This document shows, piece after piece, positions 50,219-61,439 of a DNA stretch of 64,000 nucleotides. Every line of letters begins with the position of its first letter. Position 1 is the first letter of the stretch. The DNA is taken from NCBI GenBank assembly GCA_032718475.1, contig JAUCBJ010001594.1, forward strand, positions 6,540 to 70,539, in the 5' to 3' direction. Position numbers and translations under genes: made by a program. The stretch comes from Nemertoderma westbladi. Lineage: Eukaryota; Animalia; Xenacoelomorpha. The notes beneath the pieces are model-generated. The model was given only the letters and a program-made list of their open reading frames with translations. It was not told where the DNA came from and made no database searches.

Positions 50219-51980
50219 GATTTATTTTATAGTTGAATGCCTACTACTATAATGACAGTTAAAGCAAGTCTAGGAATTCAGTATCAACTGTAAGCCTAGT
50301 AGTTAGTTACCGATACCGTTACTTAGTGTAATGTGATATATATATAACATTGAAATACCGGTATACATTTATAGTATATATAAGTATTATTTACAGACTA
50401 GGATCGGTCACAGAATACCGGTATATAATTTCAGCCTAAATTTATATAAATATAATAAGATTACCGTAAATACCGGTAATGTCAATTATTTAATAATAAC
50501 TAAATTTCTGAATTTTAGGGTTACTTCCCTTTACTTTATTACTGATATTAAGCAGTAGTTCAACTGATATTAAGACCTAATTGATGTATGACAGGCCTAC
50601 TATTTTATAAATCTGATTGAGTTGATTTATAAATATATAGATATATATATACCCGTACAATGGGTTTTGACAATATTTGAAATAAATGTTATTATTTCTG
50701 GATAAGGAGTCACTACACAGAAGCTGAATGCTCTCAGTGGAGTGCTACTTGTTAGACACTAATACAGATAATTCTACTTTACTAAGTTACTTATCACTAC
50801 AAATTACTTACAATCAGGTTGAAATTACAATCTCTAAATGAACAATAAACAAGTTACACCTACAAGTTTTAGGGTAATTTTACAAGAAATCTATGAACCA
50901 GCCTAACAAGGAGTTAGAATTTCTGGTTCTTACAAACTGACAGGAAACTACGGTAGTAGAAACCAATAAAGTAGTAGTAAGTAAGTTGCGTTGTCCAGAT
51001 AAGGAAATACCACCGTCTGACGACTTATAGTCTTAAACTCTATAAGTACTACGTTATGTACCCGGAGTGTCCTTACCTAGAGGTTAATTATCGAAGCCAA
51101 CCAGATCTAACGTACCTATTAACCACGTTACAACACAAATACTGCCTACACACTAAATTACTTTCAGAATGCACTGTACTCTAAACCCTAAATTAGGTAC
51201 AAGTACTTATACAACAAATAACCAGCAGTTAAATATACTTGAACAGCCAAAAGAACCACAGTATCTGCTGGAGTGACCGGAGCACACAATCACCAGTCTT
51301 TACCTATGCCAAGCAGCCCTGATGTAGTACCGGGGTTAATTTAACTATAACGGTATGTATAACAAGCACAATTACTGTAGGAATAAACTTGGGGAGTTGG
51401 AGGTTGCGAATACTCGCATGAACTCTGAATAATAAATATTACGCTACCCATACAGACTATCTAAATAAAACACAGACCAAATGCTGGCAGACTACTGTCA
51501 AGCCTAAATAAACTACAGTATATGCAGACTCCGAAATGGTTAGTTAGTAGGCATTCTAACCAAGTAGTACGACTTATTCTTTCGGGGGGGGGGGGGGGGG
51601 GGGGATTTACCTTACAGCACCCACCTTCCTAACTAGCACTTTATCGGACAGACACTCTACACACACTGCAATCGCCTCAGACCTAACAACAGTTAGACAA
51701 CAATCCGGCCTACAAATTATTTATACAATCTGAGCAGGCTTACACACCTTCTGCTCAATATTACACTTACAGATAAATAAAACAGACAGAAATAAGTAAA
51801 TCATACAAAGGAATAAGGGGTGATCAATCCCTAATCCCCTAACAGCCTACAATATACAATATTTCACAATCGAAATAATACTGCTGTACCTGTAAGTACC
51901 GGTTCGGATGTTTAGGCCTACAGCTTACAGTCCGACCGGTATATTCAACTTTATTGCCTACGGTGCAATAAAGAAACTTA

Positions 51981-51991
51981 AAATCTATTAT
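51981..51991 (-). promoter_or_regulatory. non-tRNA primer-binding site candidate (inner copy)
   Basis: Sense-strand ATAATAGATTT directly after the LTR is the reverse complement of LTR-internal AAATCTATTAT (52757-52767, also 36395-36405). Confidence 0.6.
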
Positions 51992-53116
51992 TGTTCGCGC
52001 TTTTAGACCTTTAGCAGTTTAACCTGCCAATTTTAGTTGTCCTCTTGTTTATATCGACTTTAGCCTTTTACCAATTACCTAGTGTACTGAAGTTACATCA
52101 GCCGAAGCCGGTCCGTGCGCGGCGTATGACCCACGGTGTGGGAGACTAGATTAGGATTCCTTGAGAGTTATTGCAGTGTAGACCTACTGTATTATTCGAT
52201 TGATCGCTACTATATAATCTCTGACAACTATATTTACTTTCGGGGAAATATTAACAGTTCCTTTAGGACGTGGCACTTTAAGTATAAAAACAGAGTTATG
52301 ACTTATACTAATCACAACTAGATGGCCACAGAGTTTCGTAAATAGCGCATTCTTTAGAAGATGCTTAGATAGATGGATGATTAGGAGATTAGGAGATGCT
52401 TTATTAACCTTTACACTACTTCACACTACTTCACACTAGTTCGCACTAATCTGCCGACTGTCACTGAATTTGATCATATATAAGGAGGATCGCAACTGAC
52501 ACACGTAGGGATTATGAAATAGCATTTAATTCACACAAAACCACTATAATTTAAGTTGCAGTTGCTACCGGTAAACTCTATTCCTCTTACCTCAGTAATC
52601 AAGAAGATTGAGGGGTTTATGATTATTTATCGGTATTCTCCAAATATAACATCAATATCCATTAATATAACAACAATTAATAGGTACTATAAACAGAAGT
52701 AAAATAATGCGGTGAAATGTTATGTGACCAGTATGAAATAAGATAGGTAGGTCAGGATAATAGATTTACGTTCTTATAATCAAGGCCGTCTGATGTTCCT
52801 AGACCAAAGTCTGAAACTTCCACACAGAAGCACAGAAAATTCTGAGTTTGTTCTGATGCTCAGAAAATAGTAAAAAATGACCGTAATGCATTGCGCGAGT
52901 TTCCATAGGTTTCTGTTAGACATAAAGTGAAAATTGCTCTGATTGGCTGAATAAGACAGAACAAAGAACCTCCACGTCCACAAAGAATCAGCTGACAGAT
53001 TTCGTCATCTTGGTTCTAATTCCTTCCCGTCGCGTAGTTGGATAGATTTAGGGCTATTTTAGAGTATTCTGCGCATTGCGTAAAAATGACTTGTTATGTC
53101 CACAAAAGCTTTTACA
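51992..53116 (-). repeat. 5' LTR of the inner element (1125 bp)
   Basis: TG...CA ends. Matches 35675-36754 apart from scattered substitutions and small indels near 52360-52440. Confidence 0.95.
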
Positions 53117-53121
53117 AAACG

Positions 53122-53259
53122 CAACAACTTAATCGCCCGGTTGGTCGTTTATGTTTACTGGAAAGAGACCGAGAGTTGTCCGTTAACTATGGAAGGCAAG
53201 AGACTCTTCCCACGACCACCTCCCTAATCCAACAAACATCTAGGGACTCCCCAATGTAA
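53122..53259 (+). pseudogene. C-terminal remainder of the outer integrase
   Basis: QQLNRPVGRLCLLERDREL...RDSP matches the inner integrase C-terminus. Confidence 0.9.
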
Positions 53260-54267
53260 CAGCGTTCGGAGTGGGTGTGTGACTACATTATTTTATTTTT
53301 ATATTTATGTATGTATTATTATGTAATTTCTATTATTATAATCGTTTTCTTTAATTTTACTTAGTAGAATAATATTTTAATGATTATTCAGTAGATTAGT
53401 GCATTATATTTCGTGTTTTATTACTTAATTACTTAGTATAATATATTTCGTTTAACGGCGAGAAATAATTTCATTTTCTCTTTCCTTACTGTCCGTATCA
53501 TACTATAAATCCGTGACTACAGTAAGATGAAATGTCAGTACTTTTAAAGTACAATATACCGCCCCTACTATACTTAAGTATTATTGGTAAAGTAGAGTAT
53601 TAGGAATGCAAAGTTCAGATCCTCGTGTCTCGGCTAAACCAAGCTCTGGGTAGACCTTGGAAACGACTTGCCTCTTCTCACTGACATTGCTTCTTGCAAT
53701 ATTGCTCTCATACCGTATATTAAATAATACATATAGTAGAAAGATGTCCATTTAACAGTAGCATTGAAGCGCGCGCAAAATAAATCTGTTAAACCCTTTG
53801 ACCATCTGAAATTCTAGTCAATTACGATATCGCGGCACCCACTGATATACTTGAAAGACAAATTTCTAGAATCAGTGGTTAACGTCCCCAGACATGTTCT
53901 GGAATAAATCGGTGCCCATCCTAAATATTAAATATTTGATAAATATTTACAACGTTTGTTATAACAAATGTTAAAATAGAGGAAATGCTAACAAATTAAA
54001 TCTAAAAATTATAAATTAAATTTGTTAAACCTTTAGATCCTCTAAAATTTTAGTCGATTAAGATATCGTAGTACTTACCGATACTCTTAAAAGACAAGAT
54101 TCTGGAAATAAGGATCCTAGTCCCCAGACATGTTCTGGAATAAAACTGTGTCTATTTTAATATCAAATAATAAAATTCACGGGAATAAATTTTAAATTCA
54201 TATCCTCTCGTGAATTTAATAAATTGTCATTTTATACAATTTATAAACATTCCCAAAATTCCTTTAA

Positions 54268-54300
54268 CCCTATTAGTACCGGGCTATAAAATGCTGTACA

Positions 54301-54331
<31 letters not shown>

Positions 54332-55848
54332 TCATATTGACCCTTCCCTCTAAAATCTACAAATATTAAAGAAATCGTGTGATTTTTTGTTTGTACGTAG
54401 GTATCACTAGTCTGGTTCCGAAAGAAAAAAATTTTCGAAAAAATGTACTGGGGTGGTAATATTGCAGCACCAAAATTACAAGTAGTGCACAATTTTCACA
54501 AAATTTGAAAGTTACATTTTTCGGCTAATTGTTTTTCAATACAGGTTTTCTGGGGCGCAAAATACATTGGAAAATATTTAAAAATGATATGATTACCATA
54601 AATGGCTGTTTAGTCCTCTATGCGTAGGGAAAAAATGAAAAAAACAAGTAACCAGCACTTTTCAGTTAGAACACAAAATTTTTAATTCACTTATACGATG
54701 CTATAAATTCACATTTTCAGGTTTTCTAGGGCGCTGATTCTAATGGAATACATTTCAAATATGCCAGATCATTGCTACGTGTATTTTTCGGCGTAATTTG
54801 GCAAATTTTGGTGCTAGCACCAAACTTCGTACCCATCACCAAAAAGTACAAGTTTGCGATGTCCAGTGCTGTTTTTATTGATTCCATCGGATTCAGGACC
54901 CTCATAAACCCGCATAATGCAAGAAACAAGATGATACTATCTACTGATCAATTTACTCATTTTCCAAAATTTGGTGCTGGAACGAACAACAATTTTCACC
55001 CACCGGCGAAAAATACAAGTTTGAAAACTCTTATGAAATTTTTACTGATTCCATTGAATTCAGAACCCTAACAAACCCGTATAACGCAAGAAACAAGATG
55101 ACACAATCAATTGATATATTTGATGGTTTTCAAAATTTGGTGCTAGCACCACATTTTGCACCCACTTCCGAAAAATATAAGTTTGAGATGTCTAGTTCGA
55201 TAATTATATATTCCATTGAATTCAGAACACCCATAAACCTCTAAAATGCAAGAAATAAATTGTCACAAGCAATTTTATCTATTGAATGGATTTTCAAAAT
55301 TTCGTGCTAGCACCAAAATTTGCACACAGCACCGAAAAATACAAGTTTGATACGCTTGGTGCAACTCGTATATATTTCATCGAAACCAGAACCCTAAAAA
55401 ACCCCAATTGCGTAAAAAACAAGTTTCAAACAATCAATTTACAAAATTGACATATTTCAAAATTTGGTGCTGGCACCAAAATTTGGCAACCGCCGAAAAA
55501 AACAAGTTTGAAATTTCTAAATCAATTTATATGAATTCCATCCAATTGCTAACACCAAAAAACCGGTGTAAATCAAAAATAGAGATGTTACAATTAATAT
55601 TTAATGAAATGTAATTTTCAAAAAACGTCTCAAAAAAAGTGCCAAAAGTAGGGTTAAAAAATGGTGCTATAACTCGAAAACTACCCAATATTTTTGAAAA
55701 CGGTTTTCACTACTAGGAAGACAATAGATTTTTAGGAAAAGTCATAATATTTCAGATTCCCAAATGCGTTTGTTTCAGAATTATAATAAAAAAACCACGG
55801 GGGGGGGGGGGGGTCATATTGACCCCCCCCCCCCCGGGTTTAATATGG
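54268..55848. mobile_element. piggyBac-like non-autonomous DNA transposon with ~165-bp internal repeats
   Basis: Absent from the inner copy. TTAA TSD at 54264-67 and 55849-52, CCCT.../...ATGG ends, subterminal Gn-GGGTCATATTGACCC-Cn palindromes, and repeated AAAATTTGGTGCTAGCACC. Confidence 0.85.
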
Positions 55849-56555
55849 TTAATTAATAGATCATGGGAGCGGAGATTCACCCTATTAAGTATATCAGTGT
55901 GAGAGAATCTCCAGTGTATAGTCAATAGCCGATAAAATTCATAAAATCATGTATAAGGGGAATATTGACAATTAAAAGTCACTATTAAATAGCATCCCAG
56001 ATCTGTATGCATGAGAAATACCCTAATTCTACCGCTAGCTTTGCATAATGTCACCATAGTAACAACCACGCTAGAATTAGAAGTGAGTTAAAAGAACAAT
56101 AGAAAGCTTGGTGCCCCATTGAATAGGATGCGGAATAAATAGCACCTTGCTAGTATCTAGGGATACATAATAATAACGTGGCATTCTGGAAGGCATTTGA
56201 CTAACGGACAAATGGCCCTAATTTGTACAAATTGTGGCAGGAATGTGGAATTTGTGTATTTATAGGTGAATGTTACTACTAAAGTGTGTTTACAGTAGCG
56301 AGTCGCAGTTGTGAAAATTACCCTGCATCTGTAGCAAGTACATCCAGTATACTCAAGCCCTTGGGACGGACAGTGGAGTGACTCATGCTGGTTATTGTTG
56401 TCGCTGTGTAGCTACTACGTTGACGAGAGGCACAGCGACGACAGTACATCAGCGCTGAGGATCTCAGGGCTGTCCGGGGGCATAGAGGGGAAGGCAGCGA
56501 CGCCCACTAGCCTTATTATTATTCACTATAATATCGATAAACTCATGTAGCAGCT

Positions 56556-58950
56556 ATGACTGAGTTGATAGAAGATGATCTTGGTATCAGGGAGCGATTT
56601 ACCCTACCACTGCAAGTGTTTGTTGATAGTTTGATAAGCGGCGACGCAAGTCAACACACGACGGAAGACAATGGCCATTACATCGAACTGAAAATGTCAA
56701 AGGAACAGCTCAAGCGTGAATTGGACTATAGAAAATTCACCGCTCGCTATACGCATCGTAATGGTACGTATATGGACTTGTTAACTACTGGTCATCCTAT
56801 CGATTTACACGATGCGGACGATGTAGACACCGAAAGGGAAATGATTCTATTTAAATATCATGCCCAGCAAAGTCGGAATGATAAACTGAGGATTGAACAT
56901 GAAAATTCTATTAGAAACCGACTCGGAAGAGAAGATGTTGAAGAACCGGAAAAACGTAGTGACTTCAACGAATATTTAGAATTCTTGAGAGAAACTTATC
57001 TCAATGTAGCTAGTCAACAAAATCTAGAAACTCGATATCCTCAAGGTATACATCATAACCCTATGATAGAACTCAAACGACTCTATTTTACTATGATGTA
57101 TCTTACCGCCGATCGACCGCTACCTGTTGTACCGGATAGCTTCGAACAGATGGAGGAATATTGTAAAACTGGAGAAAGATCACCAGCGTTTCCCTTACAA
57201 GACGTGCGTCTTTGGTATTACTGCGATGAATGCCCTAGACCCAATCAACAAACGGAAAGACATAAACATCCGCGGAGACGTTGCGCTAAACACAGTTTTA
57301 CTCGCTATACTTATGGGAGTTTTGAGCGAAACTTGTTCGACATATCACCTACACTCGCTCAACTCAAACGATCCTTAAATAAACCAATGACCAGAGTTCC
57401 GGAATACTCGGTCAGACCTCCTCATTCCCTGGTGCGACCTCAGACTCTTGATCCTAATAGTATGACGGATCCTCCTGAGTTGTACTCATTGTTCAAAGAT
57501 CTAGTGTTACCCGAACAATTAGTCGGTGGCACTCCAGTTGTGGGCTCTCTAGATATTCGCCCATCCTACCTAGCCGGATTGGGACGCGGACATCTAATAT
57601 CTCCGTTCAACCCGTATAATCGTCCCAGTTTAACTCCGATACAACCTGTCACCGAGGTGGAGGACAGCGTTGTATTAAATGCGCTAGACGCTATTCGACA
57701 AAAGATCGGAAAGGGAACCTACAGTTGTTTAGACAAACGTAAATTGCAACAACAAGTCCAAGCGGTAAAGGAATTAGCTTTACCCCAGTTCGATCGTGAA
57801 ATCCAGAATCTTGTGGAAGATATCGAACTTGGACGAACTTACTCTCTACAAGAGTTCTTGGATGAACGCTTTCAAAGACAAGCAGAGGAGAATCAGCTCG
57901 AGGAGAAGCATATCGAAATGGATGATAGAGAAGAAGCAGCTTTAGACCAATTGGAAGCTCAAATCCTTATGACTGATCTCTATTCCAAAACCATCATTCA
58001 TCCTTCGATGGTTCCCCATTTCGGAGATAAACTCTTCGCTACAGCACAACCCCAACCGGTTGATATCAACTTAAGATCTAGAGATCTTATCGCTGACGCT
58101 CCTATGTTACAACGTCCGCCAATCGAGACTGCTCGTGTCGACGCTATACTCGTTGAACCTCCGGACAATCGAGCGGATCTTATCCGTCGTATGGTACACA
58201 AGGTCAACCTACGCGCTAGACCTTTACCGAACTCATTTTACGGGATCAAAGATCACCCTTATTATGTCCATTTAACTCAATATTATATGGTGAAACTGGA
58301 AGATCCTACACACAGTTTTAAGTTTCTACCATTGATAAATCCCCTCGATCTTGTTGAACTCGAGCAACTACAGAAACATTTAGATCAATTGGTTAAAGTA
58401 AACTCATTCAGAAAACCTTATAATGTTTCAAGAATAGAAAAGGACATAATACCTCCGTATAATCTCGATGGATTCATTAAAACTCGATTAGTCCATTGGA
58501 ATTTATATGTATTGTTTGAGAAAGAAAGAATACGGCGACTTGTTCATAAACTCGCATCCTGAGTTACAAGAAGTTCATAGACAACCATATGAATATAAAA
58601 CCAGAGAACGCGAATTAGAGAGAACAATCAAACCGAGGAAATTTCTCACTACACACGGTCAACCTACCGCTATCGTGCAAATGACCCATCAGGGACCAGT
58701 AAGAGCTGCTGTCCTGAAACGCGCTCTAAAGGTTGTTTGACCTCGTTCCACCGATGTTGATATCGATCAACTGGGTACCTCGACCGGCGGATACACCGAC
58801 TGTAATCCGAAACCTTCGGATGCAATCGTATTGCACCCCTCACCCAGGAGTTATAGCCCTCCTAGTAAAGTGGCTCGCCCCAAAGAGAAAAAGACTCTTA
58901 CTAGTCTAAAAAACTTCGTAAATGCCGTTCACAAAAGAAGGACTAATAGT
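56556..58950 (+). pseudogene. outer copy of the accessory ORF (668 aa open, then a deletion removing the exonuclease and knuckles, and a frameshifted C-terminus)
   Basis: Highly similar to the inner copy up to YYMVKL, followed by about 75 aa absent from the inner copy, then rejoining at EYGDLFINSHPEL. Confidence 0.88.
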
Positions 58951-59014
58951 TTAGAATATTTTTGTATTTTAGAAACTGTGATTTTTTATATTTTATATAA
59001 TAAACTTATAACTT

Positions 59015-59199
59015 CCGCAATAACTTCCTCTGGAACCCGAATCCAGTCTCCCACACCGTGGGTCATACGCCGCGCACGGACTGGCTTTGGCGGATGTAAA
59101 TCAGTACACCAGATAATTGGTACGGGCAAAAGTCGATTCATAATTAAAAAGACATTTAAATTGGCAGGTTAAACTGCTAAAGGTCTAAAAGCGCGAACA
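59015..59199 (+). repeat. 5'-truncated 3' LTR of the outer element
   Basis: Matches ~28955-29139. The PPT and the first ~970 bp of the LTR are deleted. Confidence 0.9.
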
Positions 59200-61439
59200 C
59201 TCTGGCACGATAAGCTCCTAAAACGGCTTTGTATCTCTAAAGTTTCAAAAAAGTGCTTTCACTTTTTTACTGATTTGGTTTCTCGGTATCAAGATAAACT
59301 AGCTCGTAATAATACACGCGGTCCTTCAATGACTTGTTATTTACGGACATCCACAACCCTTTTCTAGACAGTGCAAAATACAGTGATTTCTGCTCTTTCC
59401 AGGTGTTATATTGCTTCCTTCTGATATAATAATAGTGAACTCTACGTAACACCATAGAAAAACATATGGGAAGAGGGAAAAAGAGAAACTGGGTGAGGGG
59501 TGCTTTTGGTCCGTTAGGATCCAAAGTATAGCCTCGAAAAATAATAAAATCCTAAATAATTTGTATCCAAAATATACAGAAAATACAGTATTTTAGTCGT
59601 TTCATTAGGGTAAAATACTCTGAAAAGTTATAATAAAGACAGTCTAAAATAGTGGATTTTAGTCATAAAAAGTGTATGGAAAAAGTCGTGAAAAGTCGTA
59701 ATAAACTTGGTGCAGCTTCACGCTTTGGGAACTTGGCAATAGTACATACACCAGGTAACCGTCTGGGTCCAAATGGTGGTGGAACCGATTGGATACAAAC
59801 GGTTGGCTACTTCTTTGTCCTACGACTTACAGGATTGACCTCTAAGTCTATGGGCAAAGTGCGTAAGCACTACCATAATTCAACAGAGTTAAGCCCGGGA
59901 GATTGCTGCTAGTATGTCCTCAAAATTAAACCATTGATCCTGGGACGAACGGAGTAGCAAGTGGGCAGAGTGTGCTAGCGCTCTAGAGCTGGTCGGCTAA
60001 AGCTATGTCCTCAGTGGGAGCCTTACCTGCGAGCCCAAATACCAAGTAACCTCTGCAGCGAGGAACAAGGTAATGGATCAAAGTAGGTCCGATACCGAAG
60101 AGCAGAGCCTAGATTAGCTGCCGAGGCTGCCATTTACTAAGGCCTGTCCTTACTGACTGGGTTTTCCATCCAAATGTGTGTGGTCAATGTGTTAGGGGTC
60201 AATGTGAAGTTGACCCCTAATTATCACCTAATCATAATTTGTCTTCCCTATGCAATGATTTACCTTGAACACGTGTAAAATGTGATTAATATAGGTTTGA
60301 TAAACTGACTAATAACCGGTTACTACCAATGATAATTCATAGAGTTTTATTAGTTACAAAATATTCTCTTGTTAATGACTGGGAGGGTTTGATGCAATAA
60401 GGAAGAAGGGAATGTCTGTATAGTGGGGGCTCTAATGAGTAGGAAGGAGGTGGGGGGGCTTGTGTGTTTGTATAGGGCACTCCCTTATTGGACGGCAGTA
60501 GATTACAGCGAAGCTAGCTGTGAGTGGATTCAATTCCGTGCATTACCCACCCAAAATGGGACAAGTGGCATTTTACCAATATAATTTGCGATGTGAGATT
60601 ACCAATAATAATCTCACCTCATAACCAACTGGGGGGGAGCGATACACGCCATAAGCCACAGAGAGAGGTGAGAGGTCAAACCACCTCAGAGGGAGAAACC
60701 AGCTAGTGAGGCTAGCACCAAGGGGTAACACCAACAGGGAGTGGCAAAGTGACAATTACGGTTGTGAGACTGGAATAGTTTTTGACTGTCGTCGTTATTA
60801 GATCATTACTACATCATTGTTACTGTTACTGTGCATTGCATATTATTACATTCAGACTGTGCTATTATCAACTGCTGTGATTATCAACACTGATAATTTA
60901 ACTCTTTGTTTTCAACGGCCTTCGGCCTAACGTATCCAGCAGTCAGCCAGCAGCTTACGAACGCGACGACGCGTACAATCTACACCGGTCGGGAGCTGAT
61001 ACTGCCAACTCCGTCAGTCCCGTCACACTAGCAATATTATGGTTGGTAGGTGAGTGAAGGGATGGAAAGGTGGCTGGACGGTCAAGGCCCCAACCGCAGG
61101 TTATCGTGTTCGGAGAACACAAATCCGTGCTCGGCCACGGTACTAGCGCGCAGGCCTTTATAGATTGGCCGGAATTTCTGGGAGAAGCTTTTCTCGGAAA
61201 CTAAGCGAAAACCAACAATTGGATGTTCTTAGACACCCCCCCCCCCAAAAAAATTTATCCAGAAGACGTTTTCCCATATACATTACGTTTCCAAAGTCTA
61301 CGGTTCTCCGGCTAGGGCCAATTTGAGTCAAAAAGTCAGCCTCCCTAGCAACCTCGTTGCTATGGAGCTACAGCCAAAACGGCTAATGCTACGGAGTTGG
61401 GACCGACGCCAATCGATAGGCAGCATATGGGTTTACCTT

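Larger units (their letters stand above)
35675..53116 (-). mobile_element. inner 17.4-kb BEL/Pao LTR retrotransposon with a 3' accessory ORF
   Basis: Two highly similar LTRs, a 5-bp TSD AAACG (35670-74 and 53117-21) splitting the outer integrase at IVFET|QQLNRP, and a gag-PR-RT-RH-IN domain order. Confidence 0.96.
27984..59199 (+). mobile_element. outer BEL/Pao LTR retrotransposon (internally deleted, hosting three nested insertions)
   Basis: Starts TGTAAAAGC and ends GCGCGAACA, with a perfect 5-bp TSD CTCTG at 27979-83 and 59200-04. Collinear with the inner copy once insertions are removed. Confidence 0.93.

Noticed and set aside
60370-61027. Possible solo LTR (TGT...ACA)
   Set aside because: The flanking bases do not form a TSD and there is no second copy in the window.
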